Of a stretch of DNA of 64,000 bases, positions 1 through 9,887 are shown piece after piece (position 1 is the stretch's first letter; every line of letters begins with the position of its first letter). The DNA comes from Candidatus Obscuribacteraceae bacterium (GTDB taxonomy: Bacteria > Cyanobacteriota > Vampirovibrionia > Obscuribacterales > Obscuribacteraceae). The DNA lies in NCBI GenBank assembly GCA_044229845.1, contig JBGASG010000004.1, positions 433,827-497,826 on the forward strand, given 5' to 3'. A program made the position numbers and the translations under genes. Under the pieces are notes generated by a model that had not been told where the DNA came from, did no database searches, and saw only the letters and a program-made list of their open reading frames with translations.

Positions 1-1
1 G

Positions 2-145
2 GCCGAGCAGCACGGTGGCACGCTGGAAATCCACCCTCACGAGGACGAACATGTTCTGTCCCTGAAAGTGCCGGCCGGCCCGCAAACGCCGTCACCGGCT
101 TTGGTTGTCACCGCCCCGGAAACCACCCCGGTGGTCAGCGACTAA
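2..145 (+). CDS. 3' end of a gene entering the window (possibly a HATPase-containing protein)
   Basis: Open frame from position 2, AEQHGGTLEIHPHEDEHVLSLKVP...VSD, stop TAA 143-145; HGGTLEI resembles the end of histidine kinase HATPase domains. Confidence 0.45.
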   Translation, partial: AEQHGGTLEIHPHEDEHVLSLKVPAGPQTPSPALVVTAPETTPVVSD

Positions 146-318
146 GTACACGAGATATTCACAAACCATTCCGGATTCGTACCCCTGGTTGCCAGTATCT
201 TCTAATCATTCCCCCTCACCCAACAGGCGACACCACAGACGGTGCAAGCGACACGGGCAAGCGGCAATGAGAAGGCGCGAGCCATCGGCATCTGAGGGGC
301 TGACAACAAGTTTGACGA

Positions 319-375
319 ACGGATGGAGCAACGAGCGGTGGTGAAAACCACCGCTTCGCGCATCCGGGCTTTTTT
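319..375 (+). terminator. GC hairpin with T-tract, probable intrinsic terminator
   Basis: GCGGTGGT-GAAA-ACCACCGC stem-loop nested in CGGATG...CATCCG, followed by GGCTTTTTT. Confidence 0.55.
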
Positions 376-378
376 AGT

Positions 379-395
379 TACGACGTTATATAGTT
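379..395. other. ACTA-N7-TAGT family site (variant TACGA-N7-TAGTT)
   Basis: Between convergent genes, right after a terminator T-tract. Confidence 0.6.
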
Positions 396-643
396 GCAAA
401 AACGCACTAAAACACTAAAAAGCCGGGGGAGGGCGAGATGCACTGATCGCCGAGTTGCGTCCGATGCATCTCGCCCTCTGCTGGCCCGGCACAGGGCCGC
501 TCCGGCCTTAGAAACCTGCAAACTCGTCCCTGATGGCCCAGTGAATGGACGGATCATGGCGATTCGGCCCAGCACTGGGCCACGACCTGGACATGAATGA
601 TCCGTCGACGGCATGCGCGCGGTGCTCGGGTGGTACGACCGCC

Positions 644-1309
644 TTACCAGGCAGCCCGGTGCTTGAGCGGTGGTCCGTAAAACCAGCCGATCAACTGCGA
701 AACCTCCGCATCCCGGCAAGCCAGCGCCTCGCTCACGACTTGCTCGCGCCGCAGCAGCGCCGCGTCGTACTGCTCACGGAAAGGCAGCAGGGCAGCCTCC
801 GCCGCGGACAGCAGCACACCAAGGCGATCGACTTCGGTGTTCTGCCGCAGCAGCACCGATTTCATCGCCTGATAGCGGTGCTCCTTCGCGATCTCAACTG
901 CGCGCTGGTCGGCGCCCGCGGCGAGCAGTTTGTTGACCTGCGACTCTTCGCGTGCCGACACCTCCATCACGCAGTCGATCTTCGCTTTGTTGGCATCGGC
1001 GAGGTTAGACTGCGCCTTCTCGAAGGCGGCGCCAACGTCCGCGAACGGACCGATCGCCTCTTCGAACTCGACTCCGGCCGCTCGCACCGCCGACTCGTAA
1101 TTGAGGCTTAGCACCGCGATCGTCCGCAACTTTTCGCAGTCGGGCGAGGGCAGCTCCGTCCGGCAGACCTGGCACTCCTGGCGCAGCGCGGCACAGGACA
1201 TGCAGAGGCGACAGCCCAGCGATGTTTCCGCACTGCATTCGATGCAGGGCGTGGGCAAGGGCAACGGGTGGTCCCGGTGCGCGGCACAGAGAACCTTTTC
1301 TTTGGTCAT
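644..1309 (-). CDS. Hypothetical protein, Cys-rich (Zn-binding) N-terminus plus helical/coiled-coil region
   Basis: CAAH..CIEC..CRLCMSC..CQVC motifs; AAGGA RBS before ATG at 1309. Confidence 0.7.
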   Translation of the reverse strand: MTKEKVLCAAHRDHPLPLPTPCIECSAETSLGCRLCMSCAALRQECQVCRTELPSPDCEKLRTIAVLSLNYESAVRAAGVEFEEAIGPFADVGAAFEKAQSNLADANKAKIDCVMEVSAREESQVNKLLAAGADQRAVEIAKEHRYQAMKSVLLRQNTEVDRLGVLLSAAEAALLPFREQYDAALLRREQVVSEALACRDAEVSQLIGWFYGPPLKHRAAW

Positions 1310-1403
1310 GTCATTCCTTCGTTTTGTGTTCACGAGTCGTTCACAGTTTTTTCCGAACTAATTCCGTCCGGTGCACGTACATTGGCGGCAAGAGGGACGA
1401 GCT

Positions 1404-1688
1404 ATGTCAAACAACCCACCATCTGATACGAGAACCGGCGGAGCCAAAATCGTCGACGCGATTGCCGCCGGCAGTACGCAAGCCTTGCGCGAGGCGCTCA
1501 ACGGTCTGAGTCCTCGCGACCTGCAGCAGATTTATGTCGAGATCAATCAACGCAACGCCGAACGGCAGGCCGATAGCCTGCCTCCTGTGACGGTGATCGT
1601 CAACGATCAAGACCATGACGGAAGGATCGACGCCACCGGCACCAATACCGACAATGGTAGAACCATAGCGGCGGAGGCAGACAGCTAG
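1404..1688 (+). CDS. Hypothetical protein
   Basis: ORF MSNNPPSD... with GAGGG upstream, plausible composition. Confidence 0.6.
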   Translation: MSNNPPSDTRTGGAKIVDAIAAGSTQALREALNGLSPRDLQQIYVEINQRNAERQADSLPPVTVIVNDQDHDGRIDATGTNTDNGRTIAAEADS

Positions 1689-1868
1689 TCAGTCCTGCAG
1701 CGGATCCGCCAGTCCCAAGCGCAGGACATCTTCCGGGCTGAGAAAGAAATCCGCATCACTGCGGCTCTGGTCGCCCGCGCGGCCAGCGTGAACTTCATGC
1801 AGTGGCGCGAACAGCGAGTCGTCGGCGTTGCGCACGAGCAGAAACTTCGCTCGGTCGAGGTTGTGCAT
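1689..1868 (-). CDS. 59-aa small protein with ClpP-C-terminus-like motif
   Basis: Read by hand (below the ORF-track cutoff): GGAG RBS, MHNLDRAKFLLVRNADDSLFAPLHEVHAGRAGDQSRSDADFFLSPEDVLRLGLADPLQD. Confidence 0.5.
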   Translation of the reverse strand: MHNLDRAKFLLVRNADDSLFAPLHEVHAGRAGDQSRSDADFFLSPEDVLRLGLADPLQD

Positions 1869-2169
1869 AGCTTCTCCATTCTCTTGGTGGTTGCGCTAAC
1901 TTCGCACCATGAGTGGTGCATCTCAACGGTCGTCTCACTCACGGAAGTCCGTGAGTGAAGGCATGAAAAACTGGTTGAACTGACTGTTTACGCTGGTTTC
2001 GAGTCGGAAGTGCGGGAGGAAAAGAAGATGACTTCACCCTAACTCTCAAAATGCCGGCACACCAGTTATCCACCGTTTTTATGTACTCATAGTTGCCAAA
2101 TCCGCTTGGCAGCGATAGCGCTAGCGTAGCACCGCATACGGTGGCGTAAACAAGTCGTAAACAAGGCGT

Positions 2170-3285
2170 TCACGACTGACGGGCAATGGTAAACCAGAAG
2201 CGACATCCCTCTCCAGGCTCGCTCTCAACACCAATCGTCCCACCCTGCGCCTCGACGATCGCTTTCGAAATAGCCAGCCCCAGTCCCGTGCCGCCTTCAA
2301 CTCGAGAATCTGATAGTTGCGCCTGCTCGAATCTATTAAACAGACGACTCTGGAAGTCTTTAGGAATACCCCGTCCTTTGTCGCTTACATAAAGTTTGGC
2401 GAACTGCTCCGTCGCCTCGCATGAAATGGTGACCGCGCTGCCGGCGGGCGAAAACTTCACGGCATTGGAGAGCAAGTTGATCAGCACGCGCACTGTGTAA
2501 TCCGTGTCGGCTGTCACCGGCAGCTCGTCTGGAATGTCGTCTACCACCAGCGGCACACCACGACTCTGAGCCCAAGAATCGAGCGATTGCAGCGATTGCG
2601 TCACGATCGAACCCAGTGCCACCACTCGCGGGTGCAGCTTGAGCTTGCCCGCCTCCAGCTTGTGCAGGTCAAGCAGGCTGTTGATCATGTTTATCAATCG
2701 CGTAGTGTCCTGCCCAATGCCCTCGCATTTGGCTTTCAAGTCGTCCGGTCTGTCGTCGTAAACACCCTCGGCAACCAGCTCGAAAAAACACTTGACTGAG
2801 GTGAGCGGCGTTCGCAGATCGTGCGTCATCGTCGATATGAATTCCTGCCTGAGTTGCTCCAAATCATGCCGGGCAGAAACGTCTTCTACCACCAGCAACA
2901 CATTGTCGGAAGCTGATTCCGTGGAGCCGGCGAACGGACTGACTTTGACGGTAGCCGGAAATGTGCTGCCGTCAAATCGTTTGGCTATCGTTTCCACGGC
3001 CGTGTTGGGTGGCGCCGACAATAATTGCTCAGCCGCAGCCTGCTCCAGCTCGAAGACTTCACCGATATGCCGCTGGTGCAGATCAGCGTACGTGCAACGA
3101 AACAGGGCGAGACTGGCTGGACTGGCTGATTGCACGATGCCGGATTTCTCGGCGATCAAAAGTCCCAGCGGTATGGTTTCTATCAAGGTGCGAATGCGCG
3201 CTTCATTATTGCGCAGCTTCTGCTCGTATTTCGTCAGCAACGCCTTCAGCTCGGCAGGACTCTTAGTTTCATCGCGTGAAGTCAT
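2170..3285 (-). CDS. PAS-domain sensor histidine kinase (cytoplasmic)
   Basis: PAS region, H-box THDLRTPL, N-box NLLSNAVKFS, G1 DKGRGI, G2 GGTGLGLAI; start uncertain (3285 or 3330). Confidence 0.95.
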   Translation of the reverse strand: MTSRDETKSPAELKALLTKYEQKLRNNEARIRTLIETIPLGLLIAEKSGIVQSASPASLALFRCTYADLHQRHIGEVFELEQAAAEQLLSAPPNTAVETIAKRFDGSTFPATVKVSPFAGSTESASDNVLLVVEDVSARHDLEQLRQEFISTMTHDLRTPLTSVKCFFELVAEGVYDDRPDDLKAKCEGIGQDTTRLINMINSLLDLHKLEAGKLKLHPRVVALGSIVTQSLQSLDSWAQSRGVPLVVDDIPDELPVTADTDYTVRVLINLLSNAVKFSPAGSAVTISCEATEQFAKLYVSDKGRGIPKDFQSRLFNRFEQAQLSDSRVEGGTGLGLAISKAIVEAQGGTIGVESEPGEGCRFWFTIARQS

Positions 3286-3933
3286 AGAAAATCTTGTGGC
3301 GTTGCCGGACCAGCTCACGGGAATCAGCATTTATATACCCAGATTATGAGCAGACCCCGGGCCGGCGCAGTCGAGCAATTGGCGACGACTGGCGGCAACG
3401 TGAACGGCTGGCGTGAATAACTCGTGAACAAAACTGGCAGGCACCAAATCCGGTATCGAGACCAGATTGGCCGACAGCCGGCAGCATTGCGCAACAGCAG
3501 CCAGGCATGCCAGATCTAGCCGGAGCGACCAGTCCAGAAGATTATCAAAAGGCACCACTAATGGTTGCGCGCACGTGCGCCAGGGCGCAACACAGGTTTC
3601 TTTTAGATAATCTTGCGCAAGCGGCTGCACGCTTGCTTTCGCGCCCCCTTCTTTGCAACCATAAGATACCAACTTTTGTCCAGACAGAAACACCAGATCA
3701 CACCCGCAAGAAACCCCGCAAGCACACGAATTTCAGTCCCGCATCCGGCAGCACATTGCCGAGATGAGGCACCACTCAGCATTCGCAACTAACCGACTTG
3801 CTCCTCTCCCAAAAAACTGGTCTGTCCCCGGCCCCGGTCGCGCAGGTTCGCGCTAGTCGTTGCACCGCAAGCGGTGGCATAAACGGCGGGTGAACGCGAC
3901 TGAAAAAGTTGCCCCACAACACATCACAATCGA

Positions 3934-4800
3934 ATGCACTTGCCACCTGAGAGAGAGGAGTCGGCAGTGCTATCCAAACGTCATACCAAGACCGCGATTT
4001 TCGTCGCGGTCACTGCAGTGCTCCTCTGGCTCGGGCTGTCGCCACGTTCTGCTACCTGGGCGTATGAGCACGTGCTGATGCCGCGAGTGCCGCCCGACAT
4101 GCGACTGCTCAACGCCAACAGCGTCGCGCCCGTGCAGCTTCTGGAGTTTTCGTGCGGCGAGCACACGCTGCAAGGCATGCTCTACAAGCACCCGACCAGC
4201 GGCAGAGTCGTGCTGTTCTACGCCGGGCGCTCCAGCAACCTCGCCAAAATCGTCACGCCTGCGCGCGAGCTTGTGCGCCTGGGAGTCTCGGTGTTCGCCT
4301 TCGAATACGCCGGCTTCGGTACCACCGCTGGACGCCCATCCACCCGGGCACTCCTGGATGACGGACTGGCCGCCTACGCCGCCGTGCTCAATCTCGGCTA
4401 CAAACCGAACGACATCATCCTCTACGGCGAAAGCCTGGGCACAGCTGTTGCCGCCTACGTCGCTAAGCAGCGACCGGCGGCGGGGCTGGTCCTGCAGTCG
4501 GGCTTCAGCTCGCTGGAGCGGCTGGTGAAGGAGATCTCGCCTGTGTTTCGTGTCTATCCGTCGTGGATGTTCTCGCGTCTGAGACTGGACTCGGCCCATG
4601 CGCTGCAAGCCGGTCATCCGCCGCTATTGCTGCTGCACGGCGACCAGGACGACGTCATCGGACACGAGCATTCCGAGCGACTGGCAGCCGCCGCCGGCGA
4701 GCGCACCACGCTCGTCATTCTGGGCGGCGCCGGACACTTCCACGTGCACGAGCGCGAGGACTGGCGCGATGCCATGCGCGAGTTTCTCGCCTCGCTGTGA
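3934..4800 (+). CDS. Alpha/beta hydrolase (BEM46/ABHD17-like)
   Basis: N-terminal TM, FEYAGFG, nucleophile GESLG, HGDQD and GAGH triad motifs. Confidence 0.9.
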   Translation: MHLPPEREESAVLSKRHTKTAIFVAVTAVLLWLGLSPRSATWAYEHVLMPRVPPDMRLLNANSVAPVQLLEFSCGEHTLQGMLYKHPTSGRVVLFYAGRSSNLAKIVTPARELVRLGVSVFAFEYAGFGTTAGRPSTRALLDDGLAAYAAVLNLGYKPNDIILYGESLGTAVAAYVAKQRPAAGLVLQSGFSSLERLVKEISPVFRVYPSWMFSRLRLDSAHALQAGHPPLLLLHGDQDDVIGHEHSERLAAAAGERTTLVILGGAGHFHVHEREDWRDAMREFLASL

Positions 4801-4834
4801 TCGAAATCAAAAAATCGGAACGATAAGGAGAAGC

Positions 4835-4963
4835 ATGGAAGCCCTCAGCTATGTGCTGCTCGTCATCGGACTGGTACTTGGGTTCGGCGTCGGAGGCACA
4901 GCCTGCACGGCTGCCGGCGCCGTACTCATGCTCGTGGCGCTGGTGATGAACATCCACGCCTAG
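4835..4963 (+). CDS. 42-aa hydrophobic membrane peptide
   Basis: AAGGAG RBS; MEALSYVLLVIGLVLGFGVGGTACTAAGAVLMLVALVMNIHA. Confidence 0.55.
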   Translation: MEALSYVLLVIGLVLGFGVGGTACTAAGAVLMLVALVMNIHA

Positions 4964-5110
4964 CGCCCTGGGAGTCGCCCTCCGTTTCCCGGAGCATCGG
5001 CTGCGTTTCACAACCGGGCTCAGACAGCCCCACTTGCTGCAGTCATCCTGCCGCACAAATCCAGCGTGGAATGAAGGACTCCCGCGCTTTCATGGAAGGT
5101 TCTCGGAACA

Positions 5111-5941
5111 TTGATTCCAATCATCCTGGCTGCCGCCACCTGGCTCTTGCTCGTGGCCGCCACCGTCGTCTACGCCCGCCGCCGCTATCACTACTGGCAG
5201 GGGCACGCCCGTCACATGCAGGAGAGCGGTTATCTGGTGCCGCCGGCATCGTTGACCGCGCGGTTGGCTCACCGCCTGGTGACACGAGCGCTCGTCTACC
5301 TGGGCGTCGGTCCGATCAAAGTAAGCGGTCGCCGCGAGCTGATGTTGCCCGGACGCAAGATCTACGTCGCGAATCATCAGTTCAACCTGGACTTCGCCGT
5401 CTGCTCCGTGGCCGCCCGCACATGCTGCCCGGTGATGACCAAGTCTGCCGAGCTGAGGCCGCCCCCGCTGGCACTGCTCAGCGCATGGAGCGGCTCCGCC
5501 ATCCCCGTCAACATCAACGAAGCCGGAGGCGGACAGAAGGCATTCGCCGCCAGTGTTCGCCACCTGCAGCGCCGCCGCGACAGCGAATTCCTGATCTTTC
5601 CGCAGGGCGCGCTGTTCGACAGGCTGCAACTGGAGGACTTCAAGTCCGGCGCCGCGCGCCTGCAGAAAGCGGTGGCAGACGCCACTGACGGTGATCCGGT
5701 CTGGCTGATTCCGATGTACATCGAATACCAGCAAACCGGATCGAGGCCCATCTCCGAGTTCGTCTTCAAGAAGACACGCTCGATCTTCGGCAAGGTCCAG
5801 TACGGCGCAACGGTGCGCATCGGCGAGCCGATCGCCTACAACAGCGCCCGCAGCATCGACGGCACCACCGCCATCATCTACTCGCGCATCGCCAACCTGC
5901 AGCGCGCGTCCTTCGCCCTGTCCCGACGACGATCCCGTTAG
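5111..5941 (+). CDS. Lysophospholipid acyltransferase (PlsC family)
   Basis: NHQFNLD (HX4D) and FPQG motifs, N-terminal TM. Confidence 0.85.
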   Translation: MIPIILAAATWLLLVAATVVYARRRYHYWQGHARHMQESGYLVPPASLTARLAHRLVTRALVYLGVGPIKVSGRRELMLPGRKIYVANHQFNLDFAVCSVAARTCCPVMTKSAELRPPPLALLSAWSGSAIPVNINEAGGGQKAFAASVRHLQRRRDSEFLIFPQGALFDRLQLEDFKSGAARLQKAVADATDGDPVWLIPMYIEYQQTGSRPISEFVFKKTRSIFGKVQYGATVRIGEPIAYNSARSIDGTTAIIYSRIANLQRASFALSRRRSR

Positions 5942-5949
5942 GAACTCTC

Positions 5950-6765
5950 GTGATCAATCTATTCGCCCCGCTGCTGGTCGTCACGGCGCTGGCAGTGTGC
6001 GCTCTTCTCTATTACGGGCGCTACAAACCCTGGGTCGAGAAGAAACAGTCATACATCGCGCGCTACACCAAATGCGGTGCCCTGCCCCCAACTCCGACAC
6101 CGGAAGCGTGGCGGAAGTTCCGGCGCATCGTACGCTTCCTGATCTTCATCCAGGTCGGACGAGTGCGCTTCGAGGGACTGGAACATGCACACATCCCCGG
6201 TCCCAAGCTGATCACCCCGAATCACGGCAGTTCCGCCGATGTGGCGATGGCGCTGGCCTTTCCAACGCCGTTCCGGTCGCTGGCAACGCGCGGTCTCTTC
6301 ACCATCGGCGGCGGTCTGGGCGCACTCATGTTCGGTCCCGTCGGCGCCATTCCGGTGGACCTGACACCCGGACAGGGCGGACCGGCACGCAACACCGCGG
6401 TCGACATCGTCGTCTCCGGAGAGCCGCTGCTCATGTTCCCCGAAGGTTGGGCGTACATGGACGGGCGCATCGGACCGATGAAGAAAGGCGCCGTGCGCAT
6501 CGCCCGGGAAGCGGCACGCGAACTGGGACAACCGGTGCACCTCGTGCCTGCATACATGCGCTACGGCAAGTACCCCGGCAAGTGGATCTTGCGCTTCGTG
6601 CCGCCGGTGCAGTACTTGCTGGCGTTCGTCCTCTTCCCACTCTACCGGCGGGGCTTGACGGTGGTCTTCGCGCCGCCGATCAGCTCCGCCGACCTGCCGG
6701 ATGATGACACGCTCGCGACGCAGATGCTGCGCAACGCAATTCTGGCTGCCGACCCGCAGGGTTAG
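5950..6765 (+). CDS. Lysophospholipid acyltransferase (PlsC family)
   Basis: NHGSSAD (HX4D), FPEG, KKGAVRIA. Confidence 0.9.
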   Translation: MINLFAPLLVVTALAVCALLYYGRYKPWVEKKQSYIARYTKCGALPPTPTPEAWRKFRRIVRFLIFIQVGRVRFEGLEHAHIPGPKLITPNHGSSADVAMALAFPTPFRSLATRGLFTIGGGLGALMFGPVGAIPVDLTPGQGGPARNTAVDIVVSGEPLLMFPEGWAYMDGRIGPMKKGAVRIAREAARELGQPVHLVPAYMRYGKYPGKWILRFVPPVQYLLAFVLFPLYRRGLTVVFAPPISSADLPDDDTLATQMLRNAILAADPQG

Positions 6766-6816
6766 CCGCCGCACAACCAATCCAAATCACCGATCAACCC
6801 GAAGAAAGGGGTTGAA

Positions 6817-8082
6817 ATGACCATCTCACCGAACTGGCATGGATTCGATCTCACCGAGGACCAGTTGACGGTTCTCGACTGGGTGCGCGATTTCTGCCGA
6901 ACCGAAATCCGTCCCGCCGGGCCCCAGTGGCACAAGGCGGAGGCCACCCCGTGGCCGCTCATCCGCAAGGCCGCCAAGTGCGGTCTCTACTCCGAGGACT
7001 TCTTCAAGAAGCTCTTCCTTGACCCGACCGGTATCTTGCCGGCGCTGGTCATCGAAGAGCTGTTCTGGGCCGACGGCGGCAGCGCGCTGGCGCTGTTCGG
7101 CAGCGGACTGCCGGCGGCCGCCATCATGGCCAACGGCACCGGCAACCCCAGCCTGGAGGAACTCGGAATCGAAGGCAAGGGACAGCAGGGCAAGTGGCTG
7201 CCCGAGTGCTTCGGCACGGCCGACAACCCGCGCCTCGCGGCCTTCGCCACCTCCGAGTCCGACGCCGGTTCCGACGTCAGCGGCATGCGCACCACCGCCG
7301 TCTACGACGAGAAGACCGACACCTGGACGCTCAACGGCGTCAAGGACTGGATCACCAACGGCGGCATCGAAGGCGCGCTGCACGTCGTCGTCGCCAGTGT
7401 CGACCGCAAGCTCGCCTCGCGCGGTCAGGCCAGTTTCATCGTGCCCCCGGGCACCAAGGGGCTGAGCCAGGGCACTGTGCACCACAAGCTGGGCTTCCGC
7501 GCATCCGTGACAGCCGAGGTCGTCCTGGACAACGTCGTGGTGCCGGGCGACTGCCTGCTGGGCGGCAAGGACAAGCTCGACAAGCGGCTCGCCAGGGCTC
7601 GCGCCGGCGAATCGGCGGGTGGACAGGCCGCCATGGCCACCTTCGAAGGCACCCGCTGGATGGTGGCAGCCATGGGCGTCGGGCTCGCACGCGCCGCGTA
7701 CGAATACGCCCGTGACTACGCCAAGGAGCGCGAGGCGTTCGGCAAGAAGATCGCCGAACACCAGCAGGTGGCGGAGATGCTGGCCGACATGGCGACCAAG
7801 ATCCACCTGGCTCGCCTCGGTGTCATCGACGCCGCTCGCACGTACCTGACCACCGGCAAGCTCACGCAGGCGCAGGGCTCGATGGTGAAGTACTTCGCCA
7901 CCGAGCTGGCGGTCGAGTGCACCCGCAACGCCGTCCAGATCCTGGGCGGTGCCGGCTACGTCGACGAGCACCCGGTCATGCAGTGGTACGGCGACGCGCC
8001 GTTGCTGACGATCTTCGAGGGCACCTCGCAGATCCAGAAGAATCTGATCGCCAGCACGGTCACCGGTCTGCGCATCCGCTGA
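6817..8082 (+). CDS. Acyl-CoA dehydrogenase
   Basis: ATSESDAGSD, LNGVKDWITNG, QILGGAGY, IFEGTSQIQ. Confidence 0.95.
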   Translation: MTISPNWHGFDLTEDQLTVLDWVRDFCRTEIRPAGPQWHKAEATPWPLIRKAAKCGLYSEDFFKKLFLDPTGILPALVIEELFWADGGSALALFGSGLPAAAIMANGTGNPSLEELGIEGKGQQGKWLPECFGTADNPRLAAFATSESDAGSDVSGMRTTAVYDEKTDTWTLNGVKDWITNGGIEGALHVVVASVDRKLASRGQASFIVPPGTKGLSQGTVHHKLGFRASVTAEVVLDNVVVPGDCLLGGKDKLDKRLARARAGESAGGQAAMATFEGTRWMVAAMGVGLARAAYEYARDYAKEREAFGKKIAEHQQVAEMLADMATKIHLARLGVIDAARTYLTTGKLTQAQGSMVKYFATELAVECTRNAVQILGGAGYVDEHPVMQWYGDAPLLTIFEGTSQIQKNLIASTVTGLRIR

Positions 8083-8133
8083 ACAAGGCGGAACGCAACG
8101 CCACCACATAAGGTGGCGCAAGCAGACCACCTA

Positions 8134-8173
8134 TCGAATGGGGAGCGCTCCTCCGGGGGCGCTCCCCATTCGA
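8134..8173. terminator. Long GC hairpin after the acyl-CoA dehydrogenase
   Basis: TCGAATGGGGAGCGCTCC-TCCG-GGGGCGCTCCCCATTCGA; a second hairpin at 8254-8284. Confidence 0.6.
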
Positions 8174-8310
8174 AGCGAACAAGAAAGAAACTGAAGAGCA
8201 CCTGCTGCAACTGCACGGGCTGCAGTGCAACAACTGAATAAGCGACAGGCGACGAAACGGCAGGGCCTGCACCCCTGCCGTTTCTGTCTCCGAATTTTTC
8301 GCTCACTTTT

Positions 8311-8327
8311 AACTACAGTTGCTAGTA
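8311..8327. other. ACTA-N7-TAGT family site
   Basis: AACTA CAGTTGC TAGTA, between convergent genes. Confidence 0.7.
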
Positions 8328-8421
8328 CTATCAATCCGACTTCACTGCATATGGTGGCAATATGTATTCAACCGGCAAGATAGGCACGCAGCTACGAGAT
8401 AAAATCGCCGCGAACCGGCTC

Positions 8422-9309
8422 TTAATCAAGTGGTCGCGGACTACCACCAAGTGAATCGGGACCGAAGGACCCGGGCAAGAGTTCGTCAAGCGTGGCGGTG
8501 GTCACCGTGCGCCCGACTCCGACCAGAAGTACCTGCGCGCCTTTGCCGCCAAATTCACGCAAAAACTGCAGCGACGAGCCATCGATGACCGCATCCTGCA
8601 GCTCCAGTTTGTCGGCGCTGGCAGCGGCAACAATCACCGTGTCGATGCGATTGTATCCGGCGGACACCGCGGCGGCGATTGCACAACACTCAGCCGAGAT
8701 ACTGGACGGATAGCTGGCATTATCGAGCTGGACGCCCGGGAATTTTTCAAGTTCGCCCTTGTCTCTCGCACCAAATGCGATGGCGGCCCGGCGCCGGCGA
8801 GAATAGGGCACATAGGCATCAGCCAGCATGCCTATGACTTCGTCGACGAGCGTTTGCTCTTCAGAACTCAAATTGTCGTACTGGCGTTTCGTTCGCTTGG
8901 ATGGGGTGGGCAAGAGGCTCCACACCTTGACCCGCCGAACGTTGCAGTCCTTGTCCAGAATCGAGAGGAAAACAGCATCGGTGTCTGCATACTGGCACAA
9001 TGCCTGACGGCAGATGCCGCAAGGAAAACCGCCGGGCGAATCGGGACAGATGACCGCCGCGTGCGTGATAGATCGATAGCCTTCCTGGACAGCGGTTGTA
9101 ATTGCATTCTGCTCACCGCAGACAATCACTGAGAAAGCGTCGTTCGCCACGTTACAACCGCGGAACAGCTTGGCTTCGTCCTGCGCATTCACCGCCCATA
9201 TGGCGCTGCCGACCGGAAAGTGATCCCAGCCGCGCGTCGGTTCCTGAGCCGAAAGATCTGCCTTCTTAACTACCGCGCCGATTAGCGCGGTCTGATTTGT
9301 CTGTTTCAT
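8422..9309 (-). CDS. cdd: Cytidine deaminase with tandem duplicated domain
   Basis: Domain 1 GCNVAN..CGEQNAI..PCGICRQ; domain 2 YVPYS..GVQLDNASY..SAECCAI but lacking PCxxC. Confidence 0.8.
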   Translation of the reverse strand: MKQTNQTALIGAVVKKADLSAQEPTRGWDHFPVGSAIWAVNAQDEAKLFRGCNVANDAFSVIVCGEQNAITTAVQEGYRSITHAAVICPDSPGGFPCGICRQALCQYADTDAVFLSILDKDCNVRRVKVWSLLPTPSKRTKRQYDNLSSEEQTLVDEVIGMLADAYVPYSRRRRAAIAFGARDKGELEKFPGVQLDNASYPSSISAECCAIAAAVSAGYNRIDTVIVAAASADKLELQDAVIDGSSLQFLREFGGKGAQVLLVGVGRTVTTATLDELLPGSFGPDSLGGSPRPLD

Positions 9310-9400
9310 GACGCCCCCAAGCTCGTGCAGTTTACAACGAGTCCGGCGCCTGTGCCACCCTGACTTGCCACCATTAGCCCCTCTTCATTGTTCTCGAACT

Positions 9401-9417
9401 TACTATGTCTTTTAGTT
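9401..9417. other. ACTA-N7-TAGT family site
   Basis: TACTA TGTCTTT TAGTT. Confidence 0.7.
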
Positions 9418-9562
9418 GCAAAACCCAAAAGCGAAATGACGCTGGCGTTTGCCGTCTCGACTGTCTGCCATCGATCGACACAGAGCGCCGATAGCGCCAC
9501 CGTTAATGGTGGCACTACCGGCGCTCTCTGCGTGGAGATCTCGCACTGCGACGGAGCAGGAG

Positions 9563-9877
9563 CTAGAAATCGAGCGCTGCGTAGGGCTCGTGCGGAATGA
9601 AGAACCGACAGTATTTGTGCCGCCCCAAGCACAAATGGAGGTCAGTGATCAAACCGCAACGATCGACGCTCACCTTCTCGATAACCGCCCAGACGCGCTC
9701 GCCGACCGAGAGCGTCTCTCCGCCTTTGAGTTCCATGCGCGGAATGAACGCCTTCACCCAACCGTCCACCGTCACCAGGTAGGCAGTCGGATACTCGGCG
9801 CGCTCCGGGTCAGGAACGGCTGTGCAATAGGCCCGTTTGATAGTGCCCGGTGCAAAGCCTCCAGATGCATGTGTCAT
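9563..9877 (-). CDS. Small S1/OB-fold-like protein
   Basis: YLVTVDGWVKAFIPRMELKGGETLSVGERVWAVIEKV resembles NusA/S1 domains; GGAGAGG RBS. Confidence 0.6.
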   Translation of the reverse strand: MTHASGGFAPGTIKRAYCTAVPDPERAEYPTAYLVTVDGWVKAFIPRMELKGGETLSVGERVWAVIEKVSVDRCGLITDLHLCLGRHKYCRFFIPHEPYAALDF

Positions 9878-9887
9878 TTCCTCTCCT

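Noticed and set aside
1685..1942. 85-aa ORF from the track
   Set aside because: An overlapping frame (1689..1868) has a clear RBS and more protein-like composition
2075..2100. Additional ACTA-N7-TAGT site (also 8393-8409 and about 59950-59965)
   Set aside because: Only one good arm, or wrong spacing; not counted
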